NCBI GenBank assembly: GCA_020348925.1
Contig: CP070758.1
Span: 310,001-374,000 of the forward strand
Direction of reading: 5' to 3'
DNA length: 64,000 bases
From: Gemmatimonadota bacterium
GTDB taxonomy: Bacteria; JBHIER01; G020348925
Below, one piece after another: positions 1 to 10,588 of this stretch. Below the pieces are notes generated by a model, which ran no database searches, was not told the origin of the DNA, and was given only the letters and a program-made list of their open reading frames with translations. Position 1 is the first letter of the stretch, and every line of letters begins with the position of its first letter. A program made the translations under genes and the position numbers.

Positions 1-631
1 CTATGTGTTAATTTTTGAAGAGTGAAGTATAGTTATCGTCACTTTCGGCTTTTAACCCGATCAAGGAGGTAAAGTAAATGGTACCGCTCCATAAAAGGAA
101 TTTTTTCTACCGTTAATGTCCATGTCGGCAGTACAGAGGTTTCTCCCCTGTGTGCACATATCGTATAAGCGATTTTCCCCGGGCCATAGGTTTCCTGATC
201 AAAGTATCTCCATGCCCTGAAAAGGGGCAATGGACGCTTTGTGGTGTTGCCGACCGGGAGGACTCGCGATTTTAGAGCTTGCTGGGATGGTCTGTACGCT
301 CGAAATTGAATGAAAGGAGGTGAATTGTACTCGTAATTTCATTTGGGGAGGAGAACACCCCTCGAGTACGTCGATTGACCGGCGGAACGAAATCATCGAC
401 GGTAGAAGAAACCAAGACCTTTGTGATTGAAACTCAGGCGCTCTTGATCCTGGGCTCACATACTGCGAATCGACCACTGCTTTCAAAAAAAGAATCATGT
501 TGTGAACAGAAGAAGGATTGAGGGATCTCTCCTTGTGCAAGCGTTGATCAGCGCCTAAGGTACCTTACTCTCCTCACATTTTCGTTGTCTGTTGTCCATT
601 GACGTTTTGTCTTTGAAGGAGGAGGTATGCC

Positions 632-1672
632 ATGAAAAAGCAGTTCACAGTAGTCCTCGTATTCGCCCTCCTGCTGGGCCAGAGACTCTGCCTCTCGGCG
701 GAGCTGCAGAATACGATGAACAGGACTGTCGTCATCAATGAGATTATGCAGAATCCGGCTGCTGTCTCCGATGCGAAAGGGGAGTGGTTCGAATTGTACA
801 ATATGGGAGATGAGGATGTGGACATCAATGGTTGGAGGATCGCGGATAACGGAAGTGACGAGCATGTCATAGATGGCGGCGGTCCGCTCCTCGTCCCAGC
901 CAAAGGGTACCTTGTTTTGGGGAAAAATGCCAATCAGGAGGATAACGGCGGTGTTTCGATTGACTACCAATATGGAGATTTTACCCTGGGCAATAGTGAT
1001 GATGAGGTCATAGTACTTGATGCGGACAGCCTTGAAGTGGACCGTGTCGAATTCGACGGGGGCCCCGCATTTCCCGATCCCGCCGGTGCCTCCATGGAAT
1101 TGAACAGTCCGGAGTTGGACAACAACGTCGGAGAGAACTGGCACACCGCTTTTACCCCTTATGGAGATGGGGACTTCGGCACCCCTGGGAACCCCAACAG
1201 TATTGGATTAACGATCAGGACGTCACAGCTTCCCGATGGGGCGGTGGGGATCGAATATAGCCGGATGATCGAAGCAGAAGGCGGTATTCAACCTTACACG
1301 TGGCAACTTGTCGCCGGAGCGTTGCCGGAGAGTCTCTCCCTCGACAGCACCGGTGTCATCTCCGGAGTCCCCGCGGTTCCCGATACTCAGGTCTTTACTG
1401 TTGAGGTGAGGGATGCTGTTGACAATGTGGCTACAAGGGAGCTGTCGTTGATCATTGTGGCCTTTCAGATCAATAGAGGCGATGTGGACAGTAATGGCGA
1501 GATCGATGTGCTGGATGTACTGGCTGTGGTCAACAGCATTCTCGGGCTTGTGGAGCTGGGATCCTTGGAACTCCAATGCGCGGACTGCAATGCTGACGGT
1601 GGGGTCGATATTCTCGACGCCCTGGGTATCGTGAACGTGATTCTGGGTCTCGGCGAATGCGAGCCGGTCTGA
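632..1672 (+). CDS. Secreted lamin-tail-domain (LTD) protein with putative Ig-like domain and C-terminal dockerin
   Basis: RBS GGAGGAGGT; signal peptide; LTD motifs VVINEIM..NP, GEWFELYN, GTPGNPNS; Ig-like segment (GGIQPYTW..GALP..L.LDSTGVISGVP); paired EF-hand-like dockerin GDVDSNGEIDVLD / ADCNADGGVDILD. Confidence 0.85.
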   Translation: MKKQFTVVLVFALLLGQRLCLSAELQNTMNRTVVINEIMQNPAAVSDAKGEWFELYNMGDEDVDINGWRIADNGSDEHVIDGGGPLLVPAKGYLVLGKNANQEDNGGVSIDYQYGDFTLGNSDDEVIVLDADSLEVDRVEFDGGPAFPDPAGASMELNSPELDNNVGENWHTAFTPYGDGDFGTPGNPNSIGLTIRTSQLPDGAVGIEYSRMIEAEGGIQPYTWQLVAGALPESLSLDSTGVISGVPAVPDTQVFTVEVRDAVDNVATRELSLIIVAFQINRGDVDSNGEIDVLDVLAVVNSILGLVELGSLELQCADCNADGGVDILDALGIVNVILGLGECEPV

Positions 1673-1844
1673 AATCATCGTAAAGTTGTAGTTTTTTATT
1701 TTCGAGAGGAGGAATGAAACGGATCCTTATTGAGTAGCCACTCTTTTTTCGGAATGTGAGATGATTCCGGATCATGGCATGTGACGTCACTGCTTTCACA
1801 TATACGATCGTCATAAATTGAGCGGAGCGGAGATCAGCATGCCA

Positions 1845-1881
1845 GGCCGCCCCAGTTGAAATAATTGGGGCGGCTTTTTTT
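1845..1881 (+). terminator. Intrinsic terminator hairpin
   Basis: GGCCGCCCCAGTT-GAAAT-AATTGGGGCGGCT followed by a T-run. Confidence 0.75.
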
Positions 1882-2392
1882 AAGCCCCGTATGAACTTTC
1901 ACCAGAAGTTCTCATTAAGCTCATGCTAAGACGGTGGATTATGTATGGCATGATGGGTCTCCACGTGAAATAATACCTTCATGATGCCAATCGAAATTCA
2001 ACACATGCAACATCCTCAACGTCACCTAACATTAACAATATAATAGCGAAGGACGAGGCTAACGAATACATAATGTCAATTCGATAATAACGCGAAACCA
2101 TTTTTTTATTATTGACAATAGAGCGAAAATGGCTTTCGATAACTAATTTATTGATAACGACATCCGTTTGATCATACCATTATTCTCAAATAATAAATAT
2201 TTTTGAAAAAAGACTTGACAATTAATTAGCAAACACTATATTGAAAGTGCAGTACTGTTTTTGGTAGGATTTACTCTTGGTCCTCGTCAGAGACTTCCAC
2301 CAGACAATTCACGATTGAATACGGGTGTCCTCCGGGCAGGTATCAGACTGACCAGGATAATGGTTAGAGGAATAATTATCAAGGAGGGAAAA

Positions 2393-5300
2393 ATGATGAA
2401 AACAATCATTATGCTCAGTAAAGTGCAGACAATCGTGGCCTTGATGTGCCTGCCGGCGGTTCTCTCACCCACCTCTGCACCGTCGGTCAGGGCAGAATCC
2501 TCTACGCTCGTCATCAGCGAGGTGTACTATTATGCCCGGACTGAGCCGGAGGAGGAGTGGGTTGAAGTCTACAACCTGGGAGAGACGGCCATTGACCTGA
2601 CAAACTACAAGGTCGGCGACGAGGAGACCAGGGGGCGAGGGGAAGGAATGGTGCAGTTCCCCAGCGGTGCGACCATTGAATCCGGTCAGGTGATTGTGAT
2701 TGCCAACAAAGCCACCGCTTTTTTCGATCTCTACGGGTTCAATCCCGATTATGAGATGAGCGACAGCGACCCCGCTGTGCCGAATATGACGCATTACGGA
2801 GCATGGGCTGATGGCTCTTTCGGTTTAAATAATTCTGGGGATGAGGTCTTAATCCTCGACGGGAGCGATACGGTTGTGGATGCAATGTCCTATGGAACAT
2901 CGTCTGTCTTTACTCCGGGTGTGCCTGCCGTACTGCGGCGCCACTCGCTGGAGCGATACCCGGCCGATAAGGACACCGATACCAGCGCCGACTGGATTGA
3001 CCAGGACACGCCTGATCCTGGCAAGGTGAAAAACCTAATCATTTCCATTTATGACATCCAGGCCACCACCGACCCTTCAGGCGACTCACCCTTGAAAGAT
3101 TCGACCGACGTCACCACCGAGGGCGTCGTCACGGCTCTCTTCGACAACGGTTACTTTATCGAGGAGCCGGCTGGCGGAGCCTGGAGCGGCCTGTGGGTGT
3201 CCGATCCGTCGAACACCCCGGCTCGGGGTGACCGAATGCGGCTGACTGGCACGGTCATAGAAGACTCCAACTTGACCGAACTGAGCAGCCTGACAGGCTA
3301 CGAGGTCCTGTCCGGCGGCAACGCCGTGCCCGAGACTATTCTGGCCACCGGCAACGTGTCGCAGGAGCAATGGGAGAGCGTCCTGGCTGGAGTGAAAAAC
3401 GTCACCGTCATCAACGAGAACCTGGGCAACGGCGAGTGGTCGGTCAGCGACAGGACAGGGGAGGTCGTCGTTGGCAACAAGGGCAGGTATACTTATGACC
3501 CGGTCAACGGTGACTCCCTGGTCGCTGTCATCGGCCCGCTGGATTACGCGGAGGGTAGTTTTAAGATTCAGCCGCGCGACGATGGCGACATTGTCCTGCC
3601 GCCGCCTCCGTTCGTGATCAACGAGATTCACGCCGATCCAGGCGGGGGCATAATAGGCGATGCCAATGGTGATGGGACGAGCCACGCCAGCCAGGATGAG
3701 TTCGTAGAGATCGTGAACCGCTCGGGCAGCGACGTGGACATCTCGGGCTGGACCCTGGCGGATAACTTCAAGGTGCGCCACATATTCCCTGAAAGCACGG
3801 TTGTCCCTGCCAATTGTGCCGTGGTCGTCTTCGGTGGTGGGAATCCCACCGGCACATTCGGCGGTGCAGTCGTGCAGACGGCCAGCAGCGGCGTGCTTTT
3901 CCTAAATAACGGTGGTGATACCCTCACCCTCAACGACGGTTCGACCGATCAGGCGACAGCCATCTACGGTTCCGAAGGCGGAGACAACCAGTCACTTACC
4001 CGTGATCCCGATATCACCGGTATCGGATTTGTGAAACACACCACCGCCACCGGCTCAGACGGAGCGCTCTTTTCGCCGGGCACGATGGTGGACGGCTCGT
4101 CGTTTGAGGGTTGTCGAGACGAATTTGTATGCGGCGGTCCGGCCACACCCATCCACGTCATCCAGGGGAGTGGCTCAAGCAGCTCTGAAGTGGGCAACAC
4201 CCATGAGATCGAAGGTGTGGTCGTGGGCGACTTTCAGGACAAGGTCACCCAACTCGGCGGTTTCTTCCTTCAGGAGGAGGACACCGACATTGACTCTGAC
4301 TCCGCGACTTCCGAAGGCATCTTCATCTACGACAACGGTTTTGGCGTTGACGTGAATGTCGGTGACATTGTGCGCGTGCGAGGTACCGTGGCCGAGTTCC
4401 ACGGCCTCACGGAACTGCTCGGCATCAGCGATAAGGTCGTTTGCTCCTCCGGGGGCAGCGTTTCGGTTGCAACGGTCACCCTGCCTGTGTGCAGCCTGGA
4501 TGTCTGGGAACAGTATGAGGGGATGCTGGTCAACATCCAGCAGGATCTGACTGTCACTGATCATTACGACCTGGGGCGCTACGGACAGGTCGATCTGTCC
4601 CTGAGCCGTCTGTACAACCCGACTCATTCAAAGACACCGGGACCAGAGGCTAATGCCTTGGATACCCTCAACGACCGAAACTGCATCATCCTCGACGATG
4701 CCAACACCGATGTGAACAGGGATCCCATAGTCTATCCTGTGCCCGGACTGAGTGCGAACAACACACTGCGAACAGGCTATACGGTCTCCGACTTAACGGG
4801 CGTGTTGGACCATCGCTTTGGTACATACCGGATCCAGCCGGTAGGCCCGGTGGATTTTGCACCAGACAATCCACGCCCAGCCATGCCCGATCCCGTTTAT
4901 GGCACACTCAAAGTAGCCAGCTTCAATGTTTTGAACTACTTCAACGGTGACGGGTTGGGCAGCGGCTTCCCTGGCCCGCGCGGGGCAAGTTCGGCTGAGG
5001 AGTTCACCCGTCAGCGCGACAAAATCGTACGTGCTATTACCGCATTGGATGCCGATGTGATCGGATTGATAGAAATTGAGAACGACGGCTACGGAGTGAA
5101 CAGCGCTATTCAGGATTTGGTGAGCGGCTTGAATGCGTTTGCCCCCGCTGGCATAACGTACTCCTTCGTTAATCCCGGATTCGCACTTGGCACGGATGAT
5201 ATCAAGGTTGCGTTCGTCTATCGGGTTGAGACGGTCAGACCATCTGGCGCGGCAGCGACAACGACCGACGAGCCTTTTGATACACGGCCTCCGTTGGCCC

Positions 5301-6064
5301 AGACATTTGAGGAAATTGCGACAGGTGAGCGTTTCACAGCGGTTGTCAACCATTTCAAGTCGAAGCGTGAGTGTCCTGATGACGGGAGTTTGAATGAGGA
5401 CCAGAATGACGGTCAAGGTTGCTGGAATCTTCGACGTACTCAGGCCTCGGCAACTCTGACCGATTGGCTGGCGACAGACCCCACAGGTAGCGGCGATCCC
5501 GACTTCCTCATCATCGGCGACCTGAACGCCTGCGCTCAGGAAGATCCCATCTCTGTCATCAAAGATGCAGGTTACAGTGATTTGGTCGATGAATTCATTG
5601 GGAGTAATGCGTATACGTATGTCTATGGAGGGGAATCCAGCTATCTCGATCATGCGTTGGCAAATGATAGCCTGAGGGCACAGGTAACGAGCGTAACTGT
5701 ATGGCATATCAATGCAGACGAACCTCGTTCCCTGGACTATAATGTTGAGTATAAGTCGCCTGGTCAAATTATCAGCCTGTACGGTAATGATCCCTATCGC
5801 TCCTCCGACCACGATCCCGTGGTGATCGGCCTGTGCCTCACCTCTGGCGAGAGGGGTGATGTCAATGGAGACGGGACTACTGACATACTGGATGTGCTGG
5901 AGGTGGTCAACCATATAATCGGCAGCGGAGGACCCTTCACGAATCCTGCTTTCCTGTGCTTGGCTGACTGCATTAGTGATGGAGAAATCGACGTCCTGGA
6001 TGTCTTGGCCATTGTAAATGTGATCCTGGGTATTTTCCCAGAGTGTCCAGGTGGGACTTTATAA
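2393..6064 (+). CDS. ExeM/NucH-family extracellular endonuclease with two LTD domains, OB-fold regions, EEP nuclease domain and C-terminal dockerin
   Basis: Start moved to ATG 2393 after AAGGAGG; signal peptide; LTD motifs (LVISEVYY, FVINEIHADP); EEP motifs VASFNVLNYF, GLIEIEND, VNHFKSK, IIGDLN, LDHAL, RSSDHDPV; dockerin at C-terminus. Confidence 0.9.
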   Translation: MMKTIIMLSKVQTIVALMCLPAVLSPTSAPSVRAESSTLVISEVYYYARTEPEEEWVEVYNLGETAIDLTNYKVGDEETRGRGEGMVQFPSGATIESGQVIVIANKATAFFDLYGFNPDYEMSDSDPAVPNMTHYGAWADGSFGLNNSGDEVLILDGSDTVVDAMSYGTSSVFTPGVPAVLRRHSLERYPADKDTDTSADWIDQDTPDPGKVKNLIISIYDIQATTDPSGDSPLKDSTDVTTEGVVTALFDNGYFIEEPAGGAWSGLWVSDPSNTPARGDRMRLTGTVIEDSNLTELSSLTGYEVLSGGNAVPETILATGNVSQEQWESVLAGVKNVTVINENLGNGEWSVSDRTGEVVVGNKGRYTYDPVNGDSLVAVIGPLDYAEGSFKIQPRDDGDIVLPPPPFVINEIHADPGGGIIGDANGDGTSHASQDEFVEIVNRSGSDVDISGWTLADNFKVRHIFPESTVVPANCAVVVFGGGNPTGTFGGAVVQTASSGVLFLNNGGDTLTLNDGSTDQATAIYGSEGGDNQSLTRDPDITGIGFVKHTTATGSDGALFSPGTMVDGSSFEGCRDEFVCGGPATPIHVIQGSGSSSSEVGNTHEIEGVVVGDFQDKVTQLGGFFLQEEDTDIDSDSATSEGIFIYDNGFGVDVNVGDIVRVRGTVAEFHGLTELLGISDKVVCSSGGSVSVATVTLPVCSLDVWEQYEGMLVNIQQDLTVTDHYDLGRYGQVDLSLSRLYNPTHSKTPGPEANALDTLNDRNCIILDDANTDVNRDPIVYPVPGLSANNTLRTGYTVSDLTGVLDHRFGTYRIQPVGPVDFAPDNPRPAMPDPVYGTLKVASFNVLNYFNGDGLGSGFPGPRGASSAEEFTRQRDKIVRAITALDADVIGLIEIENDGYGVNSAIQDLVSGLNAFAPAGITYSFVNPGFALGTDDIKVAFVYRVETVRPSGAAATTTDEPFDTRPPLAQTFEEIATGERFTAVVNHFKSKRECPDDGSLNEDQNDGQGCWNLRRTQASATLTDWLATDPTGSGDPDFLIIGDLNACAQEDPISVIKDAGYSDLVDEFIGSNAYTYVYGGESSYLDHALANDSLRAQVTSVTVWHINADEPRSLDYNVEYKSPGQIISLYGNDPYRSSDHDPVVIGLCLTSGERGDVNGDGTTDILDVLEVVNHIIGSGGPFTNPAFLCLADCISDGEIDVLDVLAIVNVILGIFPECPGGTL

Positions 6065-6101
6065 TCTCAAACGACAGATTTCAGATAACAGATACAAGAA
6101 T

Positions 6102-6130
6102 TTGTCCAACCCTCTCTTAGGATGTATAAT
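6102..6130 (+). promoter_or_regulatory. Sigma70-type promoter with no substantial ORF downstream
   Basis: TTGTCC-N17-TATAAT. Confidence 0.55.
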
Positions 6131-6135
6131 TTTCA

Positions 6136-6370
6136 CTGACAAGAGGTGAGGGCGTTGGGAAATGAAAGGAGGGAGCAGGGATACCACATGACATCGTGGG
6201 TTTGGAACGAACGAGAAAGGAGATAAAGACTCCAACTGGACCTATTTCTGGAACTGGTTGTAGTCAGTGGCCTGGAGTCAGGGACAAAGCCCATGGTTCT
6301 GATGAAGTGAGCGTAGTATTCATCGGGCTCAAGAGCCGCCTCAGTTGCCATAGCTGGAGCGGCTTTTTTT
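6136..6370 (+). ncRNA. Candidate small RNA (GGA-rich, structured)
   Basis: Bounded by the promoter at 6102-6130 and a terminator AGCCGCCTCAGTT..AGCTGGAGCGGCT-T7; 11 GGA triplets; internal inverted repeats. Confidence 0.35.
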
Positions 6371-6589
6371 GGGTGTCCCAAAGGGAGAGTGCATTGCAGT
6401 ATGGTTTTTCTCAAGACAATGTGAGATTTTTACCCGGAGCCCCATGAAGTGAAACAAAAATCCACGAATATATGTCTTACTGTTGCTTTTTGAGAGAAAG
6501 TCAGTCTTATTTCAAGGTGCGAGAAACGTCCGTGGATTAATATTTCCACAGGAACGTATCCTTAAATCTTATACGACAGGAGGACACAA

Positions 6590-8749
6590 ATGTGTACCAG
6601 ATTCTTGTGTTGTCTGTTGGCGGTCGTTCTCACCATCATGACAGTCGCTTTCGTGAGTGGTGAGGAGGGGATGTGGATGCTGGACGAGTTGAGATATCTT
6701 CCCCTGGACAAAATGAAGGCCAGGGGTTTGGAATTAACTGCGCAGGAGATTTATGAGTTAAAGGAAGCAATCGTCCTCATCGGTGGTGGCAGCGGGGCCT
6801 TTGTCTCCCCCGAGGGTCTGATTCTGACCAACCATCACGTGGCCTTCGGAGCCATTCAACACGAGAGCACCCTTGAGGAGAATTTTATCCAAAACGGATT
6901 CCTGGCCCGGACGATGGAGGAAGAGCTGCACGCTCCCGAATACGATGTCTACGTCACCTTGGATTTTGAGGAGGTGACCGATGATATTCTGGAAGCGGTC
7001 AACGATGATATGTCCTATTTCGAACGGTACCAAGCCATCGAGGAGGCGAGTAAGGAGCTGGTCGCCGAGTGTGAAAAGGACGGAAAGGTTCGGTGCGAGG
7101 TGGTCAACGTGCTCAGCGGCACAAAGTACTATCTGTACACGTACGAGAGGATCAAGGATGTACGGCTCGTCTATGCCCCACCGAACTCGATCGGTGGATT
7201 CGGAGGTGACATCGACAACTGGATGTGGCCCCGACACACCGGCGATTTTTCCTTTATGAGGGCCTACGTTGCTCCGGACGGGAGCTTCGCCGAATATTCT
7301 AAGGAGAATGTACCGTATAAACCGAGGGTTTACTTGCCTATATCCACCAGGGGATATGACGAGGGCTCCTACGCCATGATATTGGGTTATCCCGGCTATT
7401 CCTATCGCTACAGAAGCTCCTACTCCATCGATCTGAGACAGAATGTGAACTATCCATCCTATATCGAGATGTCTTTGGCCCAGCTCGATGTGCTGAGAAC
7501 GGCGAGTCAGAATGATCCGGAGCTAGCCATCAAGTTTGCCGATAGAATAAACAGCAGTGAGAATTTTCTGAAGAACAGCGAGGGGATGCTCGAAGGATTG
7601 AAGAAAACTAAGCTCCTCCAGAGGAAGCTGGACCAGGAGGCTGCGTTTACTCAATTTCTCTCCGAGCATCCTGATATGGAGGAGAAGTTCGGCGATGTTC
7701 TGCCGGGCATAGAGAAGGTCTACGACGAATTGTATACGTACAACAAGAAACAGGACATGCTCCAAAACTTCTTCTATTACAGCGACCTTGTTGGATTGAC
7801 ATACACTATAGTGAAGTGGGGTATTGAAAAGACAAAAGATGATATGGATCGTGAACGACAATACCAAGAGAGAAACATTCCCTCCTTACGCGAAAATATG
7901 GAAACGGCTCAACGCGATCTCCACGTTCCCACCGACCAGCTCATGCTGGAGATGCTGATCAACAAGGCCACGGAATTACCCGCGGAACAGAAAATTGAGG
8001 CCGTGGAGAGAATCGTTCATGGGAGAACAGGTGACGAGAAAGAGAGGGCGATCAAAAGCTTCGTTGCACAACTCTTCGGGAACACCAGTGTCCACGTCAT
8101 GAATGAGCGGTTGAAGATGTTCGACATGACGATAGACGAGCTGAAAGAGAGAAACGATTCACTGATCGATTTTGTGGCCGACCTGGAGGAGGAGAACAAA
8201 GTCCTCGACGACAAATTCAAAGCCTTTGTCGGCGCGGTCTACGAGCTTCGCCCGCGGCTCATTCGCGGCATGTACGAGTGGAAGAAGTCTGGACTTTACG
8301 CCGATGCCAATCGTACCCTGCGTTTTACTTACGGCACGATCAAAGGGTACTCACCCCGGGATGCCGTCCGATACAATTATGTGACGACTCTGAACGGCGT
8401 CATTGAGAAAGATACTGGCGAGGAGCCGTTCGACGTGCCGGAGCGGCTGAAGCAGCTGGTTGCAGATCAGGATTTCGGACGGTACGCCGACCCGAAGCTG
8501 AAGGATATTCCCGTCGATTTTCTGACGACCCACGACTCGACCGGGGGAAGTTCAGGCAGTCCGGTTATCAACGGCAGGGGCGAGATCATCGGGGTGGCCT
8601 TTGACGGCAACTACGAGTCCATGACGAGCGATTACCAGTACGATTACGAACTGACCCGGGCTATCAATGTGGATGCACGCTATGTCCTTTTCGTGACGGA
8701 CAAATTCGGCGGTGCACAGAATGTACTGGAAGAGCTGGATATTCAGTAG
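6590..8749 (+). CDS. S46-family dipeptidyl-peptidase (DPP7-like)
   Basis: Signal peptide, EEGMW, TNHH, FGGDIDNWMWPRHTGDFSFMR, TGGSSGSPV, FDGN (Gly as in DPP7, not Arg as in DPP11). Confidence 0.92.
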   Translation: MCTRFLCCLLAVVLTIMTVAFVSGEEGMWMLDELRYLPLDKMKARGLELTAQEIYELKEAIVLIGGGSGAFVSPEGLILTNHHVAFGAIQHESTLEENFIQNGFLARTMEEELHAPEYDVYVTLDFEEVTDDILEAVNDDMSYFERYQAIEEASKELVAECEKDGKVRCEVVNVLSGTKYYLYTYERIKDVRLVYAPPNSIGGFGGDIDNWMWPRHTGDFSFMRAYVAPDGSFAEYSKENVPYKPRVYLPISTRGYDEGSYAMILGYPGYSYRYRSSYSIDLRQNVNYPSYIEMSLAQLDVLRTASQNDPELAIKFADRINSSENFLKNSEGMLEGLKKTKLLQRKLDQEAAFTQFLSEHPDMEEKFGDVLPGIEKVYDELYTYNKKQDMLQNFFYYSDLVGLTYTIVKWGIEKTKDDMDRERQYQERNIPSLRENMETAQRDLHVPTDQLMLEMLINKATELPAEQKIEAVERIVHGRTGDEKERAIKSFVAQLFGNTSVHVMNERLKMFDMTIDELKERNDSLIDFVADLEEENKVLDDKFKAFVGAVYELRPRLIRGMYEWKKSGLYADANRTLRFTYGTIKGYSPRDAVRYNYVTTLNGVIEKDTGEEPFDVPERLKQLVADQDFGRYADPKLKDIPVDFLTTHDSTGGSSGSPVINGRGEIIGVAFDGNYESMTSDYQYDYELTRAINVDARYVLFVTDKFGGAQNVLEELDIQ

Positions 8750-8851
8750 AGGATCTGGGCGGGAGAGTTATAAATTTTATACATTCAGATATAGGAAAGT
8801 GATATATGGTATAAACCTGCGATACAAATCTCATTGGGGGAAGGGACAGAA

Positions 8852-8888
8852 AAGCCGCCTCAGATGGAGAGATGGGGCGGCTTTTTTT
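8852..8888 (+). terminator. Intrinsic terminator hairpin
   Basis: AAGCCGCCTCA..TGGGGCGGCTT followed by a T-run. Confidence 0.7.
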
Positions 8889-8920
8889 ACCGAAAATATT
8901 AGCCTGGTTTACTTCATGAG

Positions 8921-9009
8921 CTGTCATTCCGGCTGGAATGCCGGAATCTCCTCGATTGATGCAACGGATTCTCTATTCAGGGGATTCCGGGATAAACCCG
9001 GAATGACAG
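8921..9009. repeat. REP/MITE-like palindromic element (GTCATT...AATGAC family)
   Basis: Perfect 12-bp terminal inverted repeat CTGTCATTCCGG...CCGGAATGACAG with internal GGAATC/GATTCC. Confidence 0.75.
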
Positions 9010-9262
9010 AGTATACAATCGTGGGAGATACTATGGAACAAAGTTCAAAACCAGTGGTCATTATAATTCCATAAATATATTCATGTTACGTCGAGTTTAC
9101 AGTGGTTTTATGAATTATCCAGGTTAGTAAGATCTCAATTTGACATATCCCGGGAAAATTATGAGTACCAATACAAAAAAGTATGTCTTGACAAAATTCT
9201 CAATAATTATAATTTTGGGGCATGGTATGTAAGGGAAAAAATGAAAATTTAGGAGACCCTTT

Positions 9263-10066
9263 ATGAGAAAGCTGAACGGAAAGTCCATCCTGCTGTGGGC
9301 CATAGCCCTTGTCATAACCATGACAGCGGCAGTCTATCAGCGCAAAACCGGACCCACTTATCCCATTGGCGAGAAAATCAATCTGGCAGGGAAAAGTATC
9401 ACTGTCACTTTGGATCGATCACATGCGGGCCCAGGGGATCAGGAGGTTATTGTTGCTATTGAAGACAGGAGTGTCACGGGTGAGCTTCATTGGCGGCGCT
9501 ATCCCACTCGGGATGAATTTACTGCAATACCCATGAAACGGAAAGAGGAGCGACTGGTTGCATACTTACCTCACCAGCCCCCTGCTGGGAAACTGGAATA
9601 TCAAATTCACCTCCGAAGCGGAGACGAAACTGTGATCGTTCCTGCCGAAGGAACGGTTGTAACGCGGTTCCGAGGAGATGTGCCGGCCTTTGTCATCATT
9701 CCGCACATTTTGTTCATGTTTCTGGCTATGGCGTATTCCAACCGAGCGGGCATTGAAGCCTTATCCGGACGGAGCAGGCTTCGATACTACACTTTCGTTA
9801 CGGTGCTTCTCCTTTTTGTCGGAGGCATGATTCTCGGGCCGATTGTTCAAAAATATGCCTTTGGAGCGTTCTGGACAGGTTTCCCATTCGGTCACGATTT
9901 GACTGATAACAAAACGCTTGTTGCCTTTCTTGGCTGGGTCATTGCTCTGCTGAAGGTGCGCAGGAATCCAAACGCTCGAGTCTGGATCGTCGGAGCCGCA
10001 CTCTTGACTCTCATCGTCTACCTCATTCCCCATAGCCTCCTCGGTTCGGAGTTGAAGTACGAATAG
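9263..10066 (+). CDS. Conserved hypothetical membrane protein
   Basis: N-terminal TM, soluble domain (TGPTYP, LPHQPPAGKLEY), about four C-terminal TMs (WTGFPFGHDLTDNKTL); RBS AGGAG. Confidence 0.75.
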   Translation: MRKLNGKSILLWAIALVITMTAAVYQRKTGPTYPIGEKINLAGKSITVTLDRSHAGPGDQEVIVAIEDRSVTGELHWRRYPTRDEFTAIPMKRKEERLVAYLPHQPPAGKLEYQIHLRSGDETVIVPAEGTVVTRFRGDVPAFVIIPHILFMFLAMAYSNRAGIEALSGRSRLRYYTFVTVLLLFVGGMILGPIVQKYAFGAFWTGFPFGHDLTDNKTLVAFLGWVIALLKVRRNPNARVWIVGAALLTLIVYLIPHSLLGSELKYE

Positions 10067-10118
10067 CATGTGATTGACAGAAACCGAAGGGGGGTTCTGC
10101 GTTCACTCTGAATTTGAT

Positions 10119-10349
10119 ATGCTGACGATAAAGTGCTCGAAATGCGGCGAGAAAATCTTCAAATACGAAAAGATCGGCAAAGGCCGGGTACTGCATTGCT
10201 GGAGAGATCGAATAAAAAAGGACTACAGCCTTCGAAACGGTGATGAAGTGAGGTGTCCGTGTGGCAATGTCATCGGTGTTCATGAGAGAAGATGGGTCAA
10301 GATGAGACAGCAGGCTTTTACCTATTCGGGGACGAAAGTGAGGAAGTAA
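10119..10349 (+). CDS. Small Zn-ribbon-like protein
   Basis: MLTIKCSKCG..KYEKIGKG..LHC..RI..CPCGNVIG; Cys pairs; start chosen at ATG 10119. Confidence 0.65.
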   Translation: MLTIKCSKCGEKIFKYEKIGKGRVLHCWRDRIKKDYSLRNGDEVRCPCGNVIGVHERRWVKMRQQAFTYSGTKVRK

Positions 10350-10370
10350 AACATCTTCTCCGTAAAATAC

Positions 10371-10399
10371 TTGACAAGATCTTATTAATATTGTACATT
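10371..10399 (+). promoter_or_regulatory. Sigma70-type promoter
   Basis: TTGACA-N17-TACATT in an AT-rich intergenic region. Confidence 0.5.
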
Positions 10400-10483
10400 A
10401 GAATTTAAGACAGCTTGCTTGTTAGAAATATCTTTTAAATATAACCTAAATTGAGGGATTCTTGGCGAACGATATGTCTCACC

Positions 10484-10588
10484 TGTCATTCAGACTCCGA
10501 TGTATCGGGCAAAGAAGCTCTTAGCTGCCCTGCGTGGTCCGTCTTCACTCACTCTTCGCTTCGTCGAAGTGATCCGTTCAGAATGACA
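10484..10588. repeat. GTCATT...AATGAC family element (degenerate)
   Basis: TGTCATTC...GAATGACA ends with internal CTTCGCTTCG. Confidence 0.55.

Noticed and set aside
78-312. Possible decayed STAS anti-sigma-antagonist gene (RAIGFLI..ALKRGNGRFVVL..ILELAGM..LEIE)
   Set aside because: Needs several assumed frameshifts; too weak without an HMM search
4793-5914. 373-aa antisense ORF and many similar shadow ORFs in the track
   Set aside because: They lie opposite well-supported genes and carry no motifs
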